IMG/VR virus record: IMGVR_UViG_3300042923_000379
Coordinates: 1 to 53,273 of that record
Length of the DNA: 53,273 nucleotides
Strand: one strand, 5' to 3'
From: a virus
Lineage: Duplodnaviria; Caudoviricetes
The notes beneath the pieces were generated by a model. It ran no database searches, was not told the DNA's origin, and was given only the letters and a program-made list of their open reading frames with translations. Shown here piece after piece: positions 45,781 through 53,273 of this stretch; the first letter of the stretch is position 1, and each line of letters opens with the position of its first letter. Both the position numbers and the translations under genes were made by a program.

Positions 45781-46105
45781 TTTGTGTTACCTCTTTGGCT
45801 CTTAAATAATAAAACTTATGTTCATAATTAATATCATCAACGCTTATAATATCAAAAACTCTTGCCAAATTATTTTTAAATTTTAATTGCATCGATGCAT
45901 CTATATTCACACTTGTATATTTAATTTTGAGCTTTATTACCTTCTCATTTTGATATGCTGAAGCTTCAAAAAATTCTTTATCTCTTAGATTTTGAATTTC
46001 TGCCCAACATTCTCTAATTACTTGAAATTCTTTTATATCATCTGGACCAGGAACTTCAACCATTTGTCCTATTAATATTTTGGATTGTCTCTTAGGACTA
46101 GCCAT
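45764..46105 (-). CDS. head closure (head-tail joining) protein
   Basis: CWAEIQNLRDKEFFEA..FDIISVDDINYEHK. Confidence 0.85.
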   Translation of the reverse strand: MASPKRQSKILIGQMVEVPGPDDIKEFQVIRECWAEIQNLRDKEFFEASAYQNEKVIKLKIKYTSVNIDASMQLKFKNNLARVFDIISVDDINYEHKFYYLRAKEVTQNGIQS

Positions 46106-46376
46106 TACTAAATGCCTCTAGTTGTTTAGATAAAGATATTCTTAAAGGACTTATTTTTGCTGAACCACTCCTATTTTCATATAAATCATTTATGACTATT
46201 TTTAAGTAAGTATTATACATTGCAAGAGCTTTTTCATTATCTTCTACATCTTCAAAAGCTATTCCAGTTTCACTTTTAGTTATATATTCTGCTGTAGTAA
46301 TAAGAGAGGACAAAGTATCATCTTCATCCTCTCCATCAATTCTTAACCATTCTTTTACTTGATCTATGGTTAGCAT
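46098..46376 (-). CDS. head-tail connector (gp6-like)
   Basis: VKEWLRIDGEDEDDTLSSLI..LYENR. Confidence 0.88.
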   Translation of the reverse strand: MLTIDQVKEWLRIDGEDEDDTLSSLITTAEYITKSETGIAFEDVEDNEKALAMYNTYLKIVINDLYENRSGSAKISPLRISLSKQLEAFSNG

Positions 46377-46386
46377 ATAACCACCC

Positions 46387-46995
46387 CTAAACTACATAAT
46401 AGATATCTACTTTATTTCCATCTAAAGCACTGTTTAAATCTACTGTGTTGCTTTCTAAAGCTGAAGCTGAAACCGCAACTGTAGGAGCTGTTCCCTCTTT
46501 AACATTATTTAAAAATGCCATTAAAACAGTATTATGAGGTAATTTATTAGGTAATCCTAATTTATCCCCAAATCCTATTGCTGTTGTTGCTCCAGTACCA
46601 TCATGAGCAGGAATAGTTATTTTAGTTACTGTCTTGAAAGCCTTACTTCCTTGTACAGTTCCAGCAGTATCAACGGTAAAGACTGGTAAAGTTTCTGTTA
46701 TAACTTCATTGTTATAGTTGGTACCTTCAACTATTACTTGAATAGCTTTTATATCTCCCGCTGTTCCTCCTGCTGTAGCTGTAATGTTTCTTGGTACATC
46801 AGGATTAGTTATAGCAGTTGTAACTACTTGTGTACTTGCTGTACTTGTAACTGCTGCATGTACTCCATCAGTATCAGCTACTAATGGACTTTCTGAGTAG
46901 TGAGCAATAAACCCTCTATCTATTCCGACTCCATCAATATCGGTTCTTAATTTTTGGTTTTTATCATTATAAGGAAATAAACTCAATTTCATCAC
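46387..46995 (-). CDS. putative virion structural protein (head decoration?)
   Basis: Thr/Ala/Gly-rich, beta-strand-like sequence directly after the capsid gene. Confidence 0.55.
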   Translation of the reverse strand: MMKLSLFPYNDKNQKLRTDIDGVGIDRGFIAHYSESPLVADTDGVHAAVTSTASTQVVTTAITNPDVPRNITATAGGTAGDIKAIQVIVEGTNYNNEVITETLPVFTVDTAGTVQGSKAFKTVTKITIPAHDGTGATTAIGFGDKLGLPNKLPHNTVLMAFLNNVKEGTAPTVAVSASALESNTVDLNSALDGNKVDIYYVV

Positions 46996-47033
46996 CCTTT
47001 CTATTATTTAATAGGTGAGGTTAAAACCCCACC

Positions 47034-48317
47034 CTATGCCTTTTTAACTCTTATAAAGCCTTTATACATAGCTGTGTTACCACCTGCCCATACTGAGCCT
47101 CTATAAGCAATTTGTCCTGTTCTGAATTTGAAATCTCTTGATTCTTCAACAGTTAAAGGAGAATATATTGGCATTTCATAAGCTGATAACATACCATAAG
47201 CCATTGTGAAATCTCCGCTTGAAGCTGTAGCAAAATCTTTACAAGCACTGTTAATTATAAATGGAACTTGGAATGAATCTGAACTAGATATAGTTCCTGT
47301 ATTTCCATTTAAAGTGATCTTATAAAGTTTTTCTCCTGTTGAAGTTCTTATAGCTGCAAACTTAGCTAAATCCTTTTTGTTAAGTATTAAATATCCAGTT
47401 CCTTCAACATCTTCATCCCCACCGTAACCTAATACGATTTTGTCTAAAGTATCTGCATCTATTTCTGATATTGCAATGTCATAATCTGTTGGGATAACTT
47501 TAGTAGGAGCGTTAAATATACCAACTATTGCATTTGCTCCACCAGCACCAGCAATTATTTGTTTAGTAAGTTTCTTTCTTATTGCTGTCACGATATTTCT
47601 TCTTACAACTTCTTGATAGTTGATATTAGGAAGTTTCATTGCTTCATCTGACATTTCAGTATAAGCTGTTATTTTAGCTTTATTGATTGAAATATAATCA
47701 AAAGTTGCATCAGTTTCATTGTAATTTCCAGTTTCATCTGTATAATCAGCCTCACCGTATCCAACTATAAAGCCTTTTTCATATGCATTACCACCATTTA
47801 AAGGAACAGCATTAACCATATCAACTAATCCTGATACTTGATTAAATGTATCATTTAAAGTATTTGAATATTTAGTTTGAACTACTAAATCTCCAGAACC
47901 TATAGTTGTTGCTCTTAATTCTGGCATTTCATCCATTTCATAAGTAACTGATCTTTTTTCTTTTAAGTCAGCTCCTCTTTTTTCATATGCTTTTTCTAAT
48001 GCTGCTCTTGCTTCTGAATCTTCTTTAGAATTTTGAACTCCAAATGATCCTAAAACAGCTTGTTTACCAACCGGTTGACTTCTTTGTTCACCTTTTGCTC
48101 CAAGTTCTTCTCCTTCATCTGCTTTTGCTCTTTTTTCTGCTTCTTCAATCTTTTCTAATTCGCTTCTTAATTCCTTTATTTCTGGAATTAAAGTTAAAAG
48201 TTCCTCATTTATACCTCTTAATTCTGTTGCATCATTTGATTCATTGTTTTTCTTTTCAAGTTCTGCTTGTCTAGCCTCTTTAGTTTTTAACATTTTTAAT
48301 ATAAATTCTTTTCCCAT
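47034..48317 (-). CDS. major capsid protein, HK97 fold with N-terminal delta domain
   Basis: coiled-coil N-terminus; follows portal and protease. Confidence 0.92.
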   Translation of the reverse strand: MGKEFILKMLKTKEARQAELEKKNNESNDATELRGINEELLTLIPEIKELRSELEKIEEAEKRAKADEGEELGAKGEQRSQPVGKQAVLGSFGVQNSKEDSEARAALEKAYEKRGADLKEKRSVTYEMDEMPELRATTIGSGDLVVQTKYSNTLNDTFNQVSGLVDMVNAVPLNGGNAYEKGFIVGYGEADYTDETGNYNETDATFDYISINKAKITAYTEMSDEAMKLPNINYQEVVRRNIVTAIRKKLTKQIIAGAGGANAIVGIFNAPTKVIPTDYDIAISEIDADTLDKIVLGYGGDEDVEGTGYLILNKKDLAKFAAIRTSTGEKLYKITLNGNTGTISSSDSFQVPFIINSACKDFATASSGDFTMAYGMLSAYEMPIYSPLTVEESRDFKFRTGQIAYRGSVWAGGNTAMYKGFIRVKKA

Positions 48318-48328
48318 TATTTTTCACC

Positions 48329-48988
48329 TTAACCTTTCATTAATAAAATATTTTGATTTTTTTGTCTTAAAATTTCCGCTTGATTCTTTTTAGTAAAGTT
48401 ATCCAACTCTTGTTTAGCGTTATCCAACGCCGCCCTGGCATTATCCAATGCACTTTTATCGCGGGCATTTATATCTGTATTGGAGTAAGCTGGCATATTA
48501 ACCGCACTTACTTCATAGACTTTTCTAATTTTTAAAATGTGTCTACATGGAGTATCTGTGTCTAAATCAGTCCACTTGGCTTCAGCAATAGTAAACATAA
48601 AAGACATTCCATCTATATCACCACGCTTAATTGAGCTGTATAAGCTCTTGGATTCAGTATTGTTTTCAATGTCTAAAGTAGATTTAATAAACAAACCTTT
48701 TTCATCTGTAGATAATTGCATAGTTGAATTGCCATTATTTCTTCTACTTCTAGCTAAAGGAATTTTTCTAGTATCATGATTTACAAAAAATAGGACATCA
48801 TCAAAATCGCAACCATCAAATGCGCCACGCTCTATAATTTCATCAAACCATCCACCGATACTAACTTTTTGGTCATAAACTGCGGCATGCCCTTCTACTG
48901 TAGAACCTTCCTCAGCTGCTCTAAAATCAGCAACGCCAAAACTTCTTACAGCCACTTCATCATTTTTAGGTAAATTCTTTTTATTCAT
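48329..48988 (-). CDS. HK97 family prohead protease
   Basis: VEGHAAVYD..EIIERGAFD..VNHD..GDIDGMSFMF..EVSAVNMPAY. Confidence 0.95.
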   Translation of the reverse strand: MNKKNLPKNDEVAVRSFGVADFRAAEEGSTVEGHAAVYDQKVSIGGWFDEIIERGAFDGCDFDDVLFFVNHDTRKIPLARSRRNNGNSTMQLSTDEKGLFIKSTLDIENNTESKSLYSSIKRGDIDGMSFMFTIAEAKWTDLDTDTPCRHILKIRKVYEVSAVNMPAYSNTDINARDKSALDNARAALDNAKQELDNFTKKNQAEILRQKNQNILLMKG

Positions 48989-49023
48989 TTCATATCTCCT
49001 TTCAAGCAAAATAAAAAAACACC

Positions 49024-50271
49024 CTAATTAGGCGTTTTCTCTTTTAAATTAGATTTTTGCATCTGATATGCATCCGCTAATTCAACATTTATATAATTTA
49101 AAGACATTGTTCTTCTATCCCCAGTACCATCAGGCAATGGAGGATATCCAAGTAATGCAAGTTTTTGATCGTCTTGTAATAATCCTTGTTCTCCAGCTGT
49201 TTTAATAAGTTCTAATTTAGTTTTTGTACTTAAATACATCATATCTCTTTGATAAAAGATAATTTCATTCCCAAAATTAAGCTCATTTTCTGTAAAAATT
49301 GTTTTTGAAAATGCTTGGCCTAAACTTATTATTAAAGGTTCAAGAGTTTTTTCATAAAAAGCTTGATATTGTTCATCATTAAAATCACCATTTAATATCG
49401 GTAATGAAACTCCAAAATATCTTAATATTTTATTGTCTATAAATTCTAATGTAGCTTTATCAATTAATTTAGGATCACTATTAACGGGAATATATTCGCC
49501 TTTTAAATCTAAAGGTAAAATTCCAGTTTTACCAGAGTTTAAAGCTTCTTCAAATTTCTTTTTTTCTTCCATCATTAATGGGCCATCCATCATTGTATTA
49601 AATTTCATTACACCTCTTACGGATAAACTTGTACCTATAGCCTTTTCAACGCCTTGTAAGAGAGTGTCGTTAATATTTAATACCTTTAATAATGCAGCGT
49701 TATCTGGTCTACCATCTAAACCTCCACCCATAATGTCATTTACTCCAAATTTCTTTCTTAAGTGAATTACATCAGAATAAGCTAAAGTAAAGCTCTGTCC
49801 ATTGCTGAAAAAGAATTTAACAAACAATTTGTCCGAAGCATCTTGAATAAAATCAACTTGAACTGGATTCAATGGATATAATCCTGTGTATTTTCTTATG
49901 TTATTATTATTTGAATCTTTAGTAATTTCATAAATAGGATAAATAAAACAATTTGAATTTAGATATAATAACCATATTGTCTTTTCTAAGAAATCCCTAG
50001 TTGTCATTAACTCATTAGGAGCAAATTTAAAGAGTCTATTTATACTGCTATTAATTTCAGATTGTTTTTTGCTATCCCCTCTTATGTGTCTAGGTCTTAA
50101 TTTACTGCATTCTGTTGCTATAACATCTATACACATTTGAACTACATCACTTGCAAATATATCATTTCCAAACTGACTAAATATAGGAACTGATCCATTT
50201 AAGAAATCTGCAAATTTCGCATTTTTAAAATTATTAGTAGATTGTTTATTGACTAAACTTGAAAGTAACAT
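49024..50271 (-). CDS. HK97 family portal protein
   Basis: PNELMT..LYPLNP..DVIHLR..FGVS..FYEKTLEP. Confidence 0.93.
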   Translation of the reverse strand: MLLSSLVNKQSTNNFKNAKFADFLNGSVPIFSQFGNDIFASDVVQMCIDVIATECSKLRPRHIRGDSKKQSEINSSINRLFKFAPNELMTTRDFLEKTIWLLYLNSNCFIYPIYEITKDSNNNNIRKYTGLYPLNPVQVDFIQDASDKLFVKFFFSNGQSFTLAYSDVIHLRKKFGVNDIMGGGLDGRPDNAALLKVLNINDTLLQGVEKAIGTSLSVRGVMKFNTMMDGPLMMEEKKKFEEALNSGKTGILPLDLKGEYIPVNSDPKLIDKATLEFIDNKILRYFGVSLPILNGDFNDEQYQAFYEKTLEPLIISLGQAFSKTIFTENELNFGNEIIFYQRDMMYLSTKTKLELIKTAGEQGLLQDDQKLALLGYPPLPDGTGDRRTMSLNYINVELADAYQMQKSNLKEKTPN

Positions 50272-50274
50272 CTG

Positions 50275-50448
50275 CTATCCTCCTTTCCTAGCTATTAAAA
50301 AGGCTAATGCTATAAGACATAATCCTAAAACTATGTATCCAGCAGGAATATAAATTAAAAAAACTCCTAATGCTAGAGAAGAAACTCCAACTATTACGAG
50401 AAAATCATCAATGTATTTTTTTATGAAGTTTTTGACTTTTTCAAACAA
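50275..50448 (-). CDS. small 2-TM membrane protein; not in the ORF track
   Basis: TTG start; KYIDDFLVIVG..IYIPAGYIVLGLCLIALAFLIAR. Confidence 0.7.
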   Translation of the reverse strand: MFEKVKNFIKKYIDDFLVIVGVSSLALGVFLIYIPAGYIVLGLCLIALAFLIARKGG

Positions 50449-50460
50449 TTTATCACCGCC

Positions 50461-51759
50461 TTAAGCTGTCCTTTTTATTAATTCTAAGAACGTAGGTCTA
50501 TTATCTATATAAATTCTATAAGCTATAATCATTGTTACAGCACCATCTATTTTCTTTTCTTCTTGCCCTTCAATTTTACATGGCATTATATCTTGTCTCT
50601 TATTTAAAACAAAAGCTGTATTTTCTAAACACCATTTATCAATAGGATTATTGTTATAAACTATTAATTTCTTTTTAAGGTCATTTTCAACTAACTTCAT
50701 AGCTTCAGACATAGTCCCAAAATCTTGATTTACTCTTGTACAATCAAAACCGTAGTTCTCCATATCTTTTACCCAATAAATAGCTGACCATTTATCATAA
50801 CCAGTATTGAAAACTCTAATATTATAGTCTTTATAAAGTCTATAATACCAAGCTGTTACTAAGCTAAAGTCATTTTCATTACCTGGAGAAACTGTTATGT
50901 AACCTTTTCTTATCCAGCCTTCATATTTAGCCTTAAGTTCTTTGTTTAAGATTTCTAATTTAGATTGTGGAATGAAATACTGCTGATAGAAATATTTCTT
51001 TTCATCACCTGGTTTCATAAGCATTATTCTTGCGCTTGTTAAGTCTCCAGTTTTCGATAAGTCGGATGCTCCAATAGCGAAACAATTTCTGAAATCTTCA
51101 ATTTTAAAAGTTTCCTCGTTAATTAAATCTTCTGGCATTAACCAAGCTGCTGAATTATTTTGTTTTATATTAAAATCTTTGCTTAGTACGAATACTCTAG
51201 TAGGTTTACTTGTTTTAGCTTCTTCTAACATTTGTCTTAAGAAACTACGCTTCTTTACTATTCCAAGGCTAGGATTGGATTTATACCAACTATCTTCATC
51301 TTGATATATCTCAGCCTCACTATCTTGTGTATAAAGCCATATAAGCCATCTAGGACGTTCTAATTCTCCATTTAATACTTGTCTAGCTTCTTTAAGTCTA
51401 TTATCTAAATAACCATCATTGACGATACCTTCTGTAGTTAATTCAAAATACAAAGGTTCTTCTTGTGTAGATAAAGCTTGTCTAATAGGCATTATAGAAC
51501 TATTGTCTTTAAGTTCATGTACTTCATCAGCTGCACCAACTCCGATATTTCTACCTTCTTTAGCACCTGTTTTAGCTGATATTCTTTTGATAGTACCTTT
51601 GTTTTGCCATGAGAACTTTCCTTTCTTTCGGGATTTTTTAATATCCCCAAAGAACATTCCTTTTATATTTTTACGAGTTACTTTTTCAAGTGAAGGACTA
51701 TCTTCTCTCATAGAATTTATAGCTTGAAACATTAAATCGGCTGATTCACTCATAGTCAT
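50461..51759 (-). CDS. terL: terminase large subunit, C-terminal part (Walker B + nuclease)
   Basis: AADEVHE, KSNPSLG, DLSKTGDLTS, YDKW, KIDGAV. Confidence 0.9.
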   Translation of the reverse strand: MTMSESADLMFQAINSMREDSPSLEKVTRKNIKGMFFGDIKKSRKKGKFSWQNKGTIKRISAKTGAKEGRNIGVGAADEVHELKDNSSIMPIRQALSTQEEPLYFELTTEGIVNDGYLDNRLKEARQVLNGELERPRWLIWLYTQDSEAEIYQDEDSWYKSNPSLGIVKKRSFLRQMLEEAKTSKPTRVFVLSKDFNIKQNNSAAWLMPEDLINEETFKIEDFRNCFAIGASDLSKTGDLTSARIMLMKPGDEKKYFYQQYFIPQSKLEILNKELKAKYEGWIRKGYITVSPGNENDFSLVTAWYYRLYKDYNIRVFNTGYDKWSAIYWVKDMENYGFDCTRVNQDFGTMSEAMKLVENDLKKKLIVYNNNPIDKWCLENTAFVLNKRQDIMPCKIEGQEEKKIDGAVTMIIAYRIYIDNRPTFLELIKRTA

Positions 51760-52198
51760 TACTTGAACATAATATCTTTAAACCCATCGGCCCACAAAAC
51801 CATTCTGCCAAACATATGGCCGAAATAAGGGGCGTTTTTCCATTTTTTCTACCAACTAAAAATATAATATCTTGGTAAAGTCTAATTTGTCTCCCTATCT
51901 CTTCATCATAAATTTTAAATGAATAAATAGCCTCTATAAAAGCTTTTTGATAATGAAGTAATAAAAAGGGTTTACCGGCAAATGGTGCCTCGCTATGTTT
52001 ACATTTGCTTTCTATAAAGTTAATTCTTTTATGAGCTTCAGAAAATTCAACACTGATTTCTTCATCATCAAAATGATCTAACAATATATCTAATTGCTGC
52101 ATCAACTCTTTACCAATAATTATTTCTTTATCCTTACATTTTTTTATGTAAGATAGTAAAAAAGATTCTGGATATTTTTCTATCAATCTATCAAGCAT
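51746..52198 (-). CDS. terL: terminase large subunit, N-terminal part (Walker A)
   Basis: GKPFLLLHYQKAFI..VGRKNGKT. Confidence 0.9.
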   Translation of the reverse strand: MLDRLIEKYPESFLLSYIKKCKDKEIIIGKELMQQLDILLDHFDDEEISVEFSEAHKRINFIESKCKHSEAPFAGKPFLLLHYQKAFIEAIYSFKIYDEEIGRQIRLYQDIIFLVGRKNGKTPLISAICLAEWFCGPMGLKILCSSNDYE

Positions 52199-52240
52199 GA
52201 CTATGACATCACCTCCCTCTTGAAAGAGTAAAAACTCTAA

Positions 52241-52567
52241 TTATTCGTATTCCTCTAAATCATCATCATCTAAATCCTGCTTTACCACTAAAGCACTAGA
52301 TAAGCTTTTTATTACAGTTGCATAAGTATTTAAATTTTGTCTATATTCTTTAGCAGCTGGAATAGGTTTTTGCATTGTAGGATTATCAGGATTTATTTTA
52401 ATCATTCCTGTTTTATCAAGTAATTCTCTTAATACTTGATTTTCAGCAAATAAAAAAGCTGCTTCATGTATTAACCCACGATTCAGCTCTTTAACAGATT
52501 CATCTACACCCTCAAATATTTTATTTATTCTTTCTAGTTCTTGATTATAAATTTCGTTCTTAGTCAT
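52241..52567 (-). CDS. terS: P27-like terminase small subunit
   Basis: LIHEAAFL..TGMIKINP..QKPIPAAKEY..Y..VIKSL..DDDDLEEYE directly upstream of terL; start uncertain. Confidence 0.75.
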   Translation of the reverse strand: MTKNEIYNQELERINKIFEGVDESVKELNRGLIHEAAFLFAENQVLRELLDKTGMIKINPDNPTMQKPIPAAKEYRQNLNTYATVIKSLSSALVVKQDLDDDDLEEYE

Positions 52568-52850
52568 ATTCATTTCTTCCAACTACTAAAGCTGTATGTA
52601 TTAAAATTCCACTTACTGTTATTGGCTTATACTGTACTTCAACTTCTTGATTGCTGTCTTGTAACTCTTTTATTTTTGATAACAATGTTAAATTGAATTG
52701 CTCATTGTCAATATGGACAACATTAAATATGCCTTTTATTTTTTTCACAATATCACCTCTCCTCTTGTTTTGAGAATTGTTTATTGAACCTGGTCTTTTA
52801 GGTCTTTCATATGTAGGACTAGGTCCATATTCAATTTCCCCATTTCTCAC
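52560..52850 (-). CDS. hypothetical protein
   Basis: GGAGG RBS; may be a fusion of two short ORFs. Confidence 0.5.
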   Translation of the reverse strand: MRNGEIEYGPSPTYERPKRPGSINNSQNKRRGDIVKKIKGIFNVVHIDNEQFNLTLLSKIKELQDSNQEVEVQYKPITVSGILIHTALVVGRNEYD

Positions 52851-52934
52851 CCAATAAACCTCCTAATTAACAATTTCATAACCACTTCGCCGATTGCATT
52901 TAAAATTTAATAATTTGAACCCATATATTTTGAA

Positions 52935-53156
52935 TTATTTGCAATTGTGCTTAAATATTTCTTGTTGCTTATCAATATATTCAGCAGATAGTCCATATTG
53001 GGAACTTACTTTAGCTACTTCAATGGCATTTTCAAAAAACTCTTCTGCGCTTATTTTCGTATCTATAACCAAACATGCAGCCATTCTTTTGTTTTTACAA
53101 TCTTCTTTATATGAACATTTTTCACATTTAGCATCTAACTTAGTTAAACTACTCAT
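52935..53156 (-). CDS. Cys-rich hypothetical protein
   Basis: GGAGG RBS; CEKC..C..C. Confidence 0.55.
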   Translation of the reverse strand: MSSLTKLDAKCEKCSYKEDCKNKRMAACLVIDTKISAEEFFENAIEVAKVSSQYGLSAEYIDKQQEIFKHNCK

Positions 53157-53273
53157 ATTAAACCTCCATATTTTACAACATTTCTAAGTACTTCCCTAGA
53201 TTTCATTTTGTTTCAGCCTTTTTAAAAAACCTTCTGGAGATTTTTAAAAATTAAGGTCTGTGTGTAGATTGTG

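Noticed and set aside
107-53187. Many plus-strand ORFs in the track (e.g. 107..364, 6016..6390, 13697..14131, 38408..38791, 41615..41995, 51419..51727)
   Set aside because: They are antisense shadows of well-supported minus-strand genes, with Ser/Leu/Phe-rich composition and no RBS.
1-53273. CRISPR array, diversity-generating retroelement, retron or IS transposase
   Set aside because: I found no regularly spaced repeats, no reverse transcriptase motifs, no TR/VR pair and no transposase ORF.

Overview
This window appears to be an essentially complete ~53-kb AT-rich temperate siphophage genome of Clostridium type, with an HK97-like head and almost all genes on the minus strand. It looks like the excised or virion form: the lysis module abuts the integrase with no host genes, and the window ends fall between the HNH gene and the packaging genes, where a cos site is expected. 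Order along the minus strand from the right end: terS/terL, portal, protease, capsid, connectors, tail, tape measure, Dit, Tal, receptor-binding protein, holin and amidase. A plus-strand block (repressor, HTH, large serine recombinase, tandem-HTH ORF) follows, then Com-like protein, Cro, antirepressor, the replication/recombination genes, accessory genes, Rha, a second small terminase and the HNH gene. Most notable: (1) the recombinase ends at an A_AAA_AAC slippery site whose -1 frame runs through an attP-like inverted repeat into a tandem-HTH ORF with no RBS, suggesting a recombinase-HTH fusion that integration would switch off; (2) a 330-nt ORF-less group I intron splits the tape measure gene; (3) a cluster of nested tRNA-like RNAs has three T-arms but no normal anticodon arm; (4) terL is split and there are two unrelated small terminases; (5) there are several candidate RNA switches and sporulation-regulator homologs. 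All calls come from reading motifs by eye; no database searches or folding programs were run.
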